Assembly (NCBI RefSeq): GCF_009914755.1
Contig: NC_060932.1
Length of the DNA stretch: 64,000 nucleotides
Source: the human T2T-CHM13v2.0 reference genome, Homo sapiens
Reading direction: 5' to 3' (one strand)
Positions 1-14,339 of the stretch are shown in pieces. Numbering within the stretch: position 1 is the stretch's first letter; each line of letters starts with the position of its first letter. A program made the translations under genes and the position numbers. The notes under the pieces were generated by a model. That model saw nothing but the letters and a program-made list of their open reading frames with translations. It was not told where the DNA came from and did not search any database.

Positions 1-99
1 TGAACAAAGAAAAATATAGTCATGTTTACCTACCTTATTTTAAGTGTTTATAACTAATCTCCACTTGTGCCTTAACACTGCCCTTCAATCATTGACTTC

Positions 100-1190
100 C
101 CTAGTTAGTAAACACTTCCACTTTCAGACCCTCTCCCCGTTTTCTAGTCATCAACATTCCTTTCATATCCTCATTCTCAGCTGATGAATATGCTTATTTT
201 ATTTAAAACTTGAAACAATCAGAAAAAAAACATACTCATCCTTCCTCTACCAAACCTTCCTATTTGTGTATAGACCCAAATAATTTACCCTTCTTTTGGT
301 TATAATAATGAACTCTTCTGATCCTCTCTACATTAATCCCTTCGTTTATGTATAGAATAACATTTGTTATTTCCTACCTAAGGATTTTATTCCTACAAAA
401 ATTCTCTCCCCCTCTCTTCTCCCCTTCTTTACCTCTCCCCACCTCAACATTTCCCTCCACTTTACGATCATTTAAATTGGAATAAGATGAATTATCTTTC
501 ATTTTAAAACAAAACATCTGTTAGATCCCACATTTTCAACTCTCTGCTGCCTGATTTCACACCTCCCTTTTACAGAAAAACCTTTGATAATGTTCTTTAT
601 TTGCTGTCTCTACACTTCCCCCTTCCATTCTTTCTAGAAACTTTTCCAAGCATGCTGAAACTACTTCAGCCAATGTCACTCAAGCCCTCCAATTTTCCAA
701 AGGCAATGCCAGTTCCTAGTATTGATCATACTTAACTTTCTGCAGCATTTGGCACAGTTAATTTCTTTCTCTCATTCTTGAAATGCTTTCTTAATGTGGC
801 TCCAAGGATACCACACTCTCCATGTTTTGCACCTACCTCTCCAGAATCCTCCAATAGAATCAAAGATTCTATTCCTCAGATTTATTGGAGCTCCCTCCTT
901 TCCGACCTTTAAATGTTGGCATGCCCAGGGTTTATTCTTCCACGTGGCATCTCCAGGTAATCTCCTCAGGTTTTACAGTTCCTTAACATGTGATTCACAC
1001 TGATAACCCAGATGACTTCATGATGTCTTAGCTCCAGACTAAAAAATCCACCTGCTTAATAAATAGATCTAGTATGATGTCCAATAAGTAATTGCAATTT
1101 ATATACCTAAAATAGAACTCATGATTTCCCCTCACCCTTGCAAACAACTGCTTTCAAAAGTCTCCAACTCTACTCCACCGTGCTTGAATC
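100..1190 (+). mobile_element. L2 LINE ORF2 remnant
   Basis: Pyrimidine-rich L2-like sequence; 731-760 cttaactttctgcagcatttggcacagtt resembles the L2/CR1 RT motif LDLSAAFDTV; boundaries approximate. Confidence 0.7.
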
Positions 1191-1289
1191 TAAGATTTCT
1201 TGGAAGTAACTTAGTAGTTTTAACTAAAGGATATTATCAGGATTTCCTTAAGAGTGCATGTGTTTTCCTTTAATGATTTCTTATTTAGA

Positions 1290-1768
1290 AATATATTGTA
1301 CTTTCACACTTTGATGAGCTTTAAGGATTCTTTTAATGGTGGATACAACACAGTGACACTCAGAAGAAAGCAACTCTGTTACTTTCATCCTCATGAGAGA
1401 GTCACACAGGGAACAGCACCAGGAAACAGGGAACAGCAAACTGGAGCTACTGTGGGGGCTGCTGATGTATGGCAGGTAGTATGGGGTTCCCTAGGTTTCT
1501 CTGCATCTTTGTGGACTGGCTAATTTGAATAATTTCCAGGGCTCTGAGCTTCAGGGCATAGGCACTCTCTCTAGCAGTGTAGTAACTGGGACCAGGGAAA
1601 TTAGGGCAGGTGCTTGGTGGCCCAGAATGTGAGAACTGGATAAGGGGAGTGAGTGGAGTGTGGATTTAATCAGCTGCCCAGGAAGGGGAACTGACAGTCA
1701 CTAGTCAGGGTCTCAAAACTGGGTCAAGACAAAATTAAAGAGAAGAATAAAAAAAAAACTATATTACA
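1290..1768 (-). mobile_element. ERVL-class solo LTR (MER76-like)
   Basis: GC-richer block with ggctaatttgaataatttc...ttagggcaggtg, ending ...tatattaca (TG start on minus strand); subfamily from recall. Confidence 0.5.
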
Positions 1769-1899
1769 CTTGTCTTAGTATTCACACAGACACTAACACA
1801 TACACAACCCCCCCAATGTATCTATAACTCTATCTACATGTAAAGATTTGTTAATTAATCTCCAATTGATCTTTTCTTTCTTTTCTGTCACCTTTAGGT

Positions 1900-2750
1900 T
1901 GCTATTCCAGTTTGCTTAGTTAAGACACTTCACTACTTTTTCTTTTAGAGAGAATACTTGGATGGAGTGCTGTTGTATTTTTCTTTAACCTTGAGATGTA
2001 ATAGAATCTTAGCTGGGTCTACAATTCATAAACTGCACCATTTTCCTCACAGTGGTTGGTAGCTGCTCTTTCACTGTCTTCAGGCTTCCACTGTTTCAGA
2101 TGACGATTCTGACTTTTTTTTTTTCCTTTGCTTTTTCTACCTTGAATCTTGTCATATTTTTCCCCTTCCTTAGAATTCAGGAGGTTTACAGAATGTCCTA
2201 GGTGTCTATGTTATTTCTTATCAGTCTGACCTGGACCTCACAGAAACCATTTAATCTGGGATATGAGCTTTTTCATTGAGAAAAAAATAAATTCTATTAT
2301 TTTATTTTCATTGGCAATCCTCCATCTGTCTTTTTCTCTTACTGGTACATCTTTTACTATCTCCTGTTATATCCTCCAAGATTCATTTTCCCCCCCTTAT
2401 TGTTTGTATTTCTTTGTAATTGTTTTTCTGTGCTTTGTGATTTTTTTTGTTGTTGTTCTTGATCTTCTAGGACACACACATGAGTAGTAAACATCCTCTC
2501 CTTCAAATCGTTCACAGAATTGTTTGGTTGAGAAATCGTGTTGTTAATCACCACATATTCTTTATCTGGGTATGAGCCACACTTGATTCTCCTCTAAAAT
2601 GTTTATTATTTTTAATTGAATTCTCTATATCCCTCAGTGGGTTTACTTCTCTGGATATGCATTCTGATTTTTCTGGTCACTCTTTGAATGTAGGTAGCTT
2701 TTAGATAGGTTGTTATTTTCCTTCTGGGAATGTTGAGGTTCAGGCCAAAT
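1900..2750 (-). mobile_element. Old L1M (ORF1 region) fragment
   Basis: T-rich plus strand; minus ORF 2357-2554 has the K/E/Q-rich coiled-coil character of degenerate L1 ORF1. Confidence 0.5.
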
Positions 2751-3084
2751 GGAGGAGTCTCAAAAGTGGTAGAAGTCAAGGCTGGCTGTACCCATAGACT
2801 GAGAGTATAGGAAGAAATGTTTTGCCATGCCCTGCAAAGGTCCCCATGGTAAGTCACAAGGAGTGTGGATTTCCTTATACTTCCAGCTTTAGGGGAAAAC
2901 TGCTTGACACTTAATCTCTCCAGCTTCTTCTTGGCATTTTTAAGGCCAGGGAAGTCATTTCTCTGCAAAGGAGGGAGGGTTTCTCACTAGTTCTCTTTGT
3001 TTGGACTCCAAGAGTGCCAGACATTTCTTGGTCCCCTGTCCCTTCGGGTCCCAGAAGTCACTTGACTCACTAGTTGCTCTCTAA

Positions 3085-3255
3085 TCCTTTATCTTCCTTT
3101 ATTTTTATTAGGTTATTTACTTACACGTATATCATCATACTCTCTCACCAGAATAAAAGCTCCATGGGGCCCAAATCTCTGGTTCAGAATTCTTTCTCCA
3201 GGGCTTGACACATATATAGCACAGGTTTCATAAATGTTCTAGAAGTTGAATGATG
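3085..3255 (+). mobile_element. L2 3' end
   Basis: ...agctccatgg...gcacagg..ataaatgtt...gttgaatga, typical L2 terminus. Confidence 0.55.
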
Positions 3256-4229
3256 TAAGAGATGGGGAGAGTTTGTGAAGGCAAGAACAGTGGTGCGAGA
3301 GTGAGGGAAATGGATAGAAGTGGAATGATCAAGGAATATTATTGTAGAGTATTTGTGTTGAAAAAATGCCAAGAAGTCTATGAACCATGTTGAGATCTCT
3401 TGATGCCATTTGTCTTTTTATTTCTACAACATTCTTCTGTGGGCCATGGTTTCAATAGGGTGAAGAATATGAATAAACAGGTGGTCTTTGTATGACTTGT
3501 ATATATTTTTAAAGTATACAATTCAAAAGAATGCATTGTATGTACATGTATAATCAATTAATGCTAAGGGGGAAAATAAACAATGACATTATTAAATCAA
3601 AGATTTGATTTTTAACTTGCAGCCATTTGGGGTAGACAGCGATAACCTCACTGAACAATCCATTTAACGAGATATCTATATGTACTTACATACATCTACA
3701 GTGGTGTTTGATGGACAGGAACATGCATCAAGAGACTAGGTGTAGAAACCAAAGAAGGGAACAGAAACTTCAGAAGAAAAATGTTGGGAAAGGCACAGAA
3801 AAGCATACTGTTTCTGTGTCTGCTCACAGTGCTTAACTTACCCTACCATCATGTAGCATATCAGGAAACAAAACCAAAAATATTTAATAAAATCATTAAA
3901 TATTATTAAAGCATACTATAATATATTCAATTTTTATCTGCCTTAGGTGAAATAAGTTTGAGATTCTTGACACAGATAAAGTATTGACACAGATAAAGTA
4001 GTAGGAAACATTTAGTTTTCTAAATCATTTGCACAAAATCCCCCATTTATTTCATTGTAAATTCATTTATTTTATGTGGCTGGAGAAAAAAAAGTAGAAG
4101 AAAGTTAACATAGAAGAGCAAACTAATTCAGTACATGAATACACTGTGTTATATATAACTAGGAAATATTTGAATGAATGTATTGATCATCTAAGCCAGG
4201 TAAGTTAAACATGAATTTGCAGACCTTTA

Positions 4230-4415
4230 GTCTTTATATATCTAAAATATGTATATATCTTAATATATATATATTTATATATTATAAATATGTATATATG
4301 TTAATATATTTAAGCATATATACACATCATATATATGATATATATTTGGTAAATATCTTATATATGAGATAAATATTTGTATGTATCATTAGATATATAA
4401 GATATATATAATAAT
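4230..4415. repeat. AT-rich (TA)n-derived low-complexity tract
   Basis: Degenerate tatata runs. Confidence 0.8.
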
Positions 4416-5964
4416 TAGCTATACAGGCATCCTTTCATAAATGAAAGATTTTGAGACAGATTTATTCATATTAAAAAAATCTAAAATTTGTACATTCTTG
4501 TAAAATTCATGTATATTAAATCAAAGGAAAAAAAAACATGAAAGCCCCTGGACACCTGAATTTTAGCTCTGGTTTGTCTACAGTTTGGGTTCTTACTATT
4601 TTTGGGTGATTTATAAGATGAAGATGTTTAACTATATAATCTTAAGATCTAATTATATAGTTTTAATGACTAGAATAAATTTCGGCTTAAAAACATCCTG
4701 ATTAGAAATGACCTTAATTGCAGAATTTATGTGTGCAAGTGACGTGGTGTGGCGGTCTGCTTATACATACATATACATATATATACACATATTTATACAC
4801 AAACAAATGTGCATATTTGTTGGTATTTACTAAAGTGAAGTCTTCAGTTCAAAATGTTAAATTTGACTAAATATAGTTAGTTACATGTTTATGAAGTCAT
4901 CTATTGTCTTAAGCAACAGAAGGATTCTATTATTTTGACAAGAAGAATGTGGGAATGCTTACGTATCTGTTTGGCATCTTTCGTCATAGTGCTACAAGTT
5001 CTGTAAGATCATCTAGCTTTTCATGTGAAGTAGGCAAGCAATGAGCTGTATTAGTGAACATCAGCAAATAAAATAGGTCACATTTATTATATATTACCTT
5101 CATCAATGATGTTCAAAAACATGTTTTTTTTCCTGAGTCCCTATTCCTATGTATATTATGCGGGCAAATAGGTATATTGCTTTCAAATTAAATATGAGTC
5201 ATTCTCAATCTGGTCAATTTAAACTTTTTATAGACTTGGATAGTTTTTAGAGCATTGCCATTCTTAGATTTAGAAGGAATACTTAATTTTCTCCTAAAGA
5301 TGCAGGTTTTCTTCCATAAATATCTCTTTCTTTCTTACAGAATTAAATGCATCGTGTTTCCATTATTGTATAAAATAGAATTTGATGATTATATTTTAAT
5401 GAGGGCTGTGGTTTCAATGTGTGAGCAAAGTAATTGCTCAGGAACACTTTTGCAGTCTTATTCAAATGAGACTATCTGAATACTATATCAGAAAAAGAAG
5501 AGGACAATTTTCAACCATTTTTAGTCAGTGAATAAATAGAAAGGAAAACAAAACAGCTCATATTACATCTTATAATTATGTCTCTCCTGCTGAGGTATCC
5601 CAAAAGGTGCAATTAAAAGACAACTATACAGAAAATAATGCCTTAATTTAGTATTTAAATAGAATTACAATGATTTTGACTATCCAGAGAGTAGATCTGT
5701 TTCTCAGTTCACCCTCATAGTCATCTTCCCAGTGAATGATCCCTTTTTTGAAATAAATTATCATTATTAAGAGACACCCTGCAGGTAGAACGACATGGTC
5801 TCTAGCTGCATCCAGAACTCAGAGAACCTCAAACTTTATGTCAGAGACATGAGAGGACTCTTACTTTTCCTTACTCCTTTTTCTTTAGAATAAATTTCCA
5901 CCTTTGGAAGTATTAGGATGAGATCTAAGTCTTAGAATACATTTAATTATGCTTGATATTTCAG

Positions 5965-6240
5965 TTTTTTTTACTGGTACTATGATAAACTATCAAAAAT
6001 TTAGTCCTAAAAGCAACACAGGTGATTATCTTACAAGTTTATACAACACAAGTTCCCAACAGATCTCACTGGGCTAAAGGTGTTGAAGAGCTGTATTGCT
6101 TTTGGTGGATCCAGCATAAAACTCTTTTCCTTCTCTTTTCCGGCTTTCAGAGACCGTTCCTTGGCTCATGCCCTGTTCCTAGACCTTCAAAGTCAGCAAT
6201 GATAGGTTGAGTCCTTCACACATGTGGCATCTTTCTCAAC
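5965..6240 (-). mobile_element. MaLR LTR fragment (MLT1D/E-like)
   Basis: ctcactgggctaaa...ccttggctcatg...cttcaaagtcagcaatg, typical of antisense MLT1. Confidence 0.6.
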
Positions 6241-6339
6241 TTGCTATTTGCTTTTTAATCATTTTTTATGAATGTTCCAAGGTACAGATACTTTTATACC
6301 AGTATGGTCAGATATACTGACTTTAAAAAATAATATTCA

Positions 6340-6640
<301 letters not shown>

Positions 6641-7492
6641 TTATAATATATAAAAAATGTATAAATTTTTACATATATAAAATATATATGTAAAATACAT
6701 ACATAAAATATATGTATAAATTTATACATATATTCATTCATACTCATATGTATATTCATTGTTCATATATGGTGTATAATTATACATTAAATATTTTCCA
6801 CTATTTTCTTCAAAGTTTGATGGCTTCATTTTATATTGGCATTTTAACTAAAATACACAATACTAAATTTTTCTATGTATTAACGTAAGAACGCGAATAC
6901 CTTGTTTTTCAAATTATTTAATTTTTTGATTGATTTATTGAACAATTCAGTCTGTTCACATGAATTTGTAATTCTTGACTTAACATGTCTATATCAAGGT
7001 ATAAATGCTAGTTGAGTTTTTTTCAGGGTCATGAAGGCAAAGTTTGTTATTACTTGGGATAATTAACCATACACACTTAAACTTTCTAAGAAGTAAAAAA
7101 TTATTGGGTATTGTTATAAATTTTGGTTAAAAGCCAAATAAGAAATGGAAAAAATTAATAAAAGTAATCCTTGAATTTTAATAATTAATTTTTAATTCAT
7201 GTTCATCAAATTAATATATATTTTAAATCAGCATTTCCCAAATCCATTTCAGCAGAATATCAGCGTATTTTTTTTTTAAAAGTAAGTCTTTACTCAAGTA
7301 ACTTTGACATTGTTGATTAATTTCATTAGGATTATTCACTGTAACTGATATTGGGGTCTTTAATATGCTTATGTTTTGTGAACCTCCAAGAAAATGGAAT
7401 ATAAAGCAATATTTTTTGCATTTGGCTACAGGATCACTTCTCAAAAGAAGCCATATATCATGAATGTTTCATACACTGTTAATAATAAAACA

Positions 7493-7833
<341 letters not shown>

Positions 7834-8022
7834 TTATTTCTTGCCAAAATATGAATTACTATACCCTACATCTCTGATATACTGACAAATTGGGTAAAAC
7901 TTAGGGCCAACAACAATGCTGTGGATGTAAAACAGGGTTAGATACCTACTTTGCCTGATTCCTGATGACCTGTTAGGCCTATCTTCTTGTTGGGCAGATT
8001 GCATTGTTTTCACATGGTCAAC

Positions 8023-8391
8023 TGTATTAGTCCATTTTCTTGCTACTAATAAAGACACGCTCAAGACTGGGTAATTTATGCAGGAAAAAGGTTTAAAAGA
8101 CTCACAGTTCCACATGGCTGGGGAGGCCTCACAATCATGGCAGAAGGCAAGGAGAAGTGAGTCATGTCTTACATGGATGGCAGCAGGCAAAGAGAGAGCT
8201 TGTGCAGAAAAACTCCCTCTTATAAAACCATCAGATCTCATGAGACTTATTCACTATCATGAGAACAGCATGGGAAAGACCCGCCCCTATGATTCAATTA
8301 CCTCCCACCAGGCCCCTCCCACAACACGTGGGAATTGTGGGAGCTACATTTCAAAATGAGATTTGGGTGAGGACACAGCCAAACCATATCA
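8023..8391 (-). mobile_element. THE1 (MaLR) solo LTR
   Basis: tgtattagtcc...gccaaaccatatca; perfect 5-bp TSD tcaac (8018-8022, 8392-8396). Confidence 0.95.
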
Positions 8392-10264
8392 TCAACTATC
8401 TTCATTTATAGTGTCTCTTAGTGCCAACATGGTTTCCCATATGTATTTTGTACACAATAAATAAAGAAATAACCAATGCACCTTTGTTGCCAGGCATACA
8501 GTAGGGATCCAAAAATCATGAATCCTGGTACTTACATACTGTTCCATTTTCATTAATTCACATCTTAAATTTTTATTTAGCTTCCTGCATACATGATACT
8601 AGGTTAGCAACTATGGGGACCAATTCTCTGTATAGCTTTCTTAACAGTCGTATCATAGTAGCAAAGACAGGAAATGTATAGAACGTACTAATGTTAAATG
8701 GTATAAGCCATATTTTACTAGCATTGACCTTTATTTTCTAGGTTAGTATCTTGACCTACTGTAGAATTATTCACCATCAAATATTTTCAAGATTGACCAG
8801 GAATTTTCCCACATGCAATAGATGCTGGGCACTGCCATCTGCTCTGCCATTCCCTCTGTTGTCACTATTACTTCCTCCAGGTAATGTGGGTTTTGGGGGA
8901 TCCCTGCCAATTTCACTGGATCCCAGCGCATTCTTTAGGCTCAAAGCTGTCATGGGGCTCCACACCTTTTTCCAGTAGGCATACTCACATTCTTCAGTCA
9001 CCACTGTCAATGTCAAAGGGGCACTACTGCTGATTCTTATATTCCTGCCAGGTACCACCACGGATGCACTATAGCTTGCAACACATCAAAGTTATAAAGT
9101 ACAACGATGGAAAATGCCACTTTTCTCTTTGTGCAATGCACTGTGATTATGATACCAAAGCATATTGTTTATATTCCAACTTCTTACAGTGTTTTAGCAA
9201 AACATCTTCCCATTTTAACCTACAACATTTCCTCCACCCTTTTGTCTTCAACATCCTAGGCACAGACATATCCAACACCAAATTCAAATGAAAGACATCA
9301 AGCAATATTCACCATGCTCCTGTAAAATACAGCTTTATCATGTTCGGCACCCTTTTGTTTTAGAAGAGATTGTCTCCTTGGAAGATCTGTAGTGTGAGAT
9401 TTAAGTAGTTGTGGGCTTAATGGACTCAGCAATTTCCCAAATGTGTCCACTAAATAACGTACTCAGACACAGCTTAATCTCTAACTGGCAAGTTCTTCTT
9501 TTGACCATGAAAATATAAAGTGAGTGCCAAAACAGGCAAGCAGATCAAGGCTGAGGTCTGTTTAGAGGAGGAAGAGATTGTACCTGTTTGGAAGATTCAG
9601 TCAAGGATTCTTGGAAATGTTGTTTGCATTCTGGCTGACCTGAAAGAATAATTATAATAAATCAGGGATAATAGAAACATTTTGCTAGGGTTGAGGCAGC
9701 ATCACAATACCTATCACAAAGACAAGAAATAATAGGTCACATGTGGAAAAAAGCAAATAGTGCTATTTGCCAAGAAAATGGAGATATGTCAGAAATAATG
9801 ACAGTCATTTGGAAAAGGTAGGTAGTGGCCACTATACTAAGGAAGACTTTATAAATGGAATTTAACTTTGCTCCAAATGGAATTTCTCTTCTTGTCTGTC
9901 TTCCTTGAACGTAGAGAACGTTATTTACTACGTTACTTCTCTTTGCCATACTGTTAGCTCTATCTTGATGAGAAAAAAATAATAAATTGAATGTTTAGAG
10001 ACCAATATTTGCTAACCCTTGATCATTTCCAAATTAGGCCACATATTTCATTTTGTTTGTAATAAATCTGAAATGCAGACACAGATTTACATCCTGTATG
10101 ACAGTCAGAAGCAAAGTGTTAGTAATTTAGATGTGATCTTTCTAATTGATCACTTTTTGTCATTGAAATGCTGAGTGATTTTCATAGGATCACTGTGAAA
10201 ATTAAAGATGAGAATATAAAATCATGTCACCGTATATTTTAGATATAGTAGATTACCTAGCTTG

Positions 10265-10420
10265 TCAGCAATCATTATTATTTCCATTTCTCAGATGAGG
10301 AAACTTGGGAGTTAATATATAATTTGTCCAAGGTTGCCTAGCCAGGAAGTGGTGGAAGGTTATGAATCCAGGTATATGATTTTTCAATCTAAACCTGCAT
10401 CACAGCAACATTCTGCCTCT
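10265..10420 (-). mobile_element. MIR
   Basis: Core ccatttctcagatgaggaaact...ttgtccaaggt. Confidence 0.7.
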
Positions 10421-11033
10421 CACAGAGGGCCAGAGGCCCTGACAGACAATGTAAACCTTTTCTTTTGCTTTCTCTTCTTTTCTTTTGTCTTCTATTCTAA
10501 GTATTCATTTTGATGGTATTTTGGCATCTTTGAGAAAAAGGTTCTGTGAAAACCTCTATTCCATTCTTATTCTTTTTAATGAAAAGCAAGCTCATCTTCT
10601 TTTTATGTCACACAAACAGCTTTGATGTGAAAGTCCAGCCATCTCCAGCAAATATTAGCCAACAGATGTATTGTGCAGAAAGAATCAATAGTGACACCTA
10701 TTAGGTGTATGCATGAAGTTACCAATCACTTCTTCTCTACACAGACATCCCAAAGGAACTCAGTACCTAAACAAGCATAATAACACTGATGGGACAGAAA
10801 GCAACCACAATATTAATAGCTAGGCCAGTGTCTAATTCCTCAAGATTAGAGCCCTGGTAAAACGCTGTTAGGGAATACAGCTTGCTGGAACCTAACAGAG
10901 ACCCTTTCCATCAGCCCAAACCCTAGTCTTGTGAATTTACTTACTTCTATCTGGCAGCACAACACAAAGTGATGACTAGTCTACTTTAGGTGTACATACA
11001 AGGAAGAGAGTGCATCGCAGGAAAGTTAGTTGG

Positions 11034-11385
11034 TGCCATGGTCTGAATGTGTGTGTCCCCCTCCAAATCCATATAAAGAAATTTAATCACCAAGGTGATG
11101 GGGTTAGAAGTTGGGCCCTTTGGGAGGTGATTAGGCCATGAAGGATTAGAAGGATTAATGTCTTTATGGAAGGGGCTTAAGGGAACTTATTAATTCTTTC
11201 CCCTCCACCAAGTGAGGATACACAGGCACCATCTCTAAGGATGAAGGGCCTCATGAGACACTGAACCTGCCAGCAACTTGATTTTGGACTCCCCAGCCTC
11301 TGGAACTGTGAGCAATACATTTCTATTGTTTTTAAATTACCCAGTCTAAGGTCTTTCGTTATAGTGGCCCAAATAGACTAAGACA
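11034..11385 (+). mobile_element. MLT1A-type (MaLR) solo LTR
   Basis: tgccatggtctgaatgt...gactaagaca; perfect TSD gttgg (11029-11033, 11386-11390). Confidence 0.92.
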
Positions 11386-13899
11386 GTTGGTTTACTGATG
11401 TCTCCTGCAAGCAACAGGAAGTAGGAGAGAAGTAACACATACATTTCAGGCTACAGTGACTCTCTGCCTATTAATACACATGAGTCAATCAATGATTTGG
11501 AAAATGATCAAAGATGGAGAACATGATAGGAAGAAAACACAGAACATATCTCATCCTTAAAAAAAATCATCATTTTTAGGCAGCTTAGAACAAATTCAAG
11601 CTCAACTGGTAAATATACTAGCATGAATCATGTTTAAAACGATGGGGAAATTTTGCAAATGTATTTACTCCTTAGCTTCCTGAAAGAAAAATTCCTCAGT
11701 TATGAGACCATATTCACTGAAATCATCAAACGAACTATCGCAGCAGATGGGAATAGCAGATAATATGTTTATTTGGAGTTACATTAGGCTTGGCGAAAAG
11801 ACTTTTTACTTTTTTTTTTTGAGCTTACATCTCAATTTTTTCTATGCAATATGTTAAAGATACATATATTCTCACACAGACACACACACAGACACAGGAA
11901 CTATTAAGGTAGAAAGACTATATAAGAAAAATATTGTCTCTCAAGACTAAATACTATACTTAGCCCCAAGATAAATATAATTATATAAATAAGTAACAAA
12001 ACAGACCCAGCATTCATTTATAAAGTCAGAGAAAACAGCTCCAGGACAATAAGATTCATGGGTCTTCCACCATATTCACATTTTTCATATTCCTGATACA
12101 TGCTGTAGTTCTCTGAGTTGACACATGGAAATGAGCAAAAGCTTTTAGTGGATGTTGTCTAGGAACCCCTCCAGAAACGATCTCCCACTATATGGGGGTG
12201 CATTTTTAATTGATTTTCTATTTGTAGGCTATTTTATAAGTTATGGCTTAGAAATTAATTGTAGAGAACTATTAGTATGTGAATATTTGTCCATAGTGAT
12301 GTTCATAAATTTTGATCAGTGTACATACAAGTAATTTCTGCCAAGTATAAAAGATAATCATAAACACCACACTTTATTGCTCTAAGAAATATGAACCAGT
12401 TTAGTATTAATATTTGTTTTAGCATATGTATTTGTGTATGTATATACTTGTGTGTATATATGTTCTTCAGATTCTGTTCTGAATCAGTCTTTACAATCTT
12501 ATATTGGTTCACTCTTTAATTCCTGAGTTGAATAAAATGGCTGATGTGTTTATTTTATATTTGCATGAGAGTCATTGCTTTAACTTTTCAAAAAGTATAA
12601 ATTACCACACACACACATATATCAGTAAATATCTTACCTGATTTGAATGAATGCATATAAATAATTAATGTAACTGGGAGTTGGTTCAGAGTAGTTTTAA
12701 TAGTTTTTGGGTTTCTTTGCCACCCATGCAAGGAGAATGTTTTTCTCATCTCGTTAAGAAAATATGATAACTTTCGCCAGATACACTAAAGAGCAGGACC
12801 ACGATGTGTGGCCACATGGCCTGTAGACTACATAACCATGGAGGTGCAATGCACACAGACTCTGATGACAGTGTTACAACTCCATTAAAGTGGAAGAGTA
12901 ATATTTATTAGACACACTGTGCTCCAGGTATTGTTTTAAATACTTATTTACTTACTTTTTGTAAGGGATTTAGAAGAAAGTGACAATAAAGACAGCTTAA
13001 TAGTATGGGGAAATATAGGTTGATGTGAATTATATTAGGAACCTAAAAAATACAGGAAGCATGGGGCAATGGCCACAGAAACACTTTCAGAAGACAAGCA
13101 TTTGGACAAACAAGAGAAGCACTGTTCTTCCTAACTGCTATTAAATAGTTCCTCTCAATCATTCCATTGTCTCTTTTCTCACCTTGGTCTTTGGTGTCTT
13201 TTTTTCAAGGACAACACAAGTCCTTATAGGCAAGAATTAAAAAACAACTACAGAACAATAAATGGGATCTATAGCCAAAAAAGGAAGTTTTACTTCTTTA
13301 ACACTGTCTTCTAAATTGATTAAAGCTTCACAAGAACTCTGAAATAATCTAAAACAATTTTGACACGTAACTGTACTATTCATGTCACCAATAATCCATG
13401 CTAAGCAAACATCAGGGTCACCTGTCCAGAACATTTTAAATTAACTTTAGCATTCTTGAAATAATGGCAAGATAGGCCCTTTTTACACATATTGCTATGG
13501 GATTTAGGTTAAAGTCCTATATTTAGCAACACTTGAGGCTGTAGAAGTAAAATTATTTGAACATTATTTTATTAACATAATAACACAATTTTGAGATCCA
13601 AAGGAGCTTAAAGATCATCTTATAAATCCGTCTTTATCATGTTTGAATATTAGCAAGAAAATAATCTTCAAGTATGCCCCAACTCTTCTCAAACATTTCT
13701 GGCATGAAAAACTACATCTTCAATAATTCCCTAGGCAATGTAGGATATCTTCAGAAATACCAAATTTTTAATCAGCTCTTCCTGTGAATGAGGAAAAACT
13801 ATCCCTGGGTACCTCCCAACAACTGGAGGAATAAAGTTGAATATAAGTCAAGTGTGAGTTCCAGAAAGAGCTAACAAATGTGGGCAAAAGAAAAACAAA

Positions 13900-14320
13900 A
13901 CAAAACCGTACCCTGAATTGGTAGGAGAAATGAACGCCCAGATTCAGTAATACCAGTAAATCTCAGTGAGTATAAATAAATCAAACTTATACCTAGGCAC
14001 ATTGCAGTGAAATTGCAGAACATCAAAAACAACAATCTTAACAGCAATGAGAAAATAATTTACATTAAAACAGAGAATTAGACTGAAAACTGACTTTATG
14101 CTATAAAATGAAAGCTAGATAACCATGCAATAACATTTTCAAAGTACTGGGAAGCAACATCTGTCAACACAGTATTGTTACAGAGTGAATGTATTTAAAG
14201 CATGAAGTTGAAACAAAGATATTTGTAGATAAAAAGGCTGAGTTACTTTTCTACCAATATATAACGTGAAAAAACAACAACAACAAAATCCATGCTGAAT
14301 GAACCTTTTTAAGAAGGGAA
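13900..14320 (+). mobile_element. L1M/HAL1 ORF1 C-terminal remnant
   Basis: cctaggcacattgcagtgaaattg encodes PRHIAVKL (L1 ORF1 PRHIIVKF-like); downstream ...attttcaaagtactg (IFKVL). Confidence 0.65.
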
Positions 14321-14339
14321 AAAATTCATAATTACTATA

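Noticed and set aside
7834-8359. 135-aa and 93-aa ORFs
   Set aside because: Translations of the THE1 LTR; similar Alu/MST-derived ORFs throughout the window are also rejected
8751-9350. ORFs on both strands and a 'QFHWIPAHS' word resembling an RNase H motif
   Set aside because: The expected following GNE.AD motif is absent and no family is recognised; probably chance or an unrecognised old repeat
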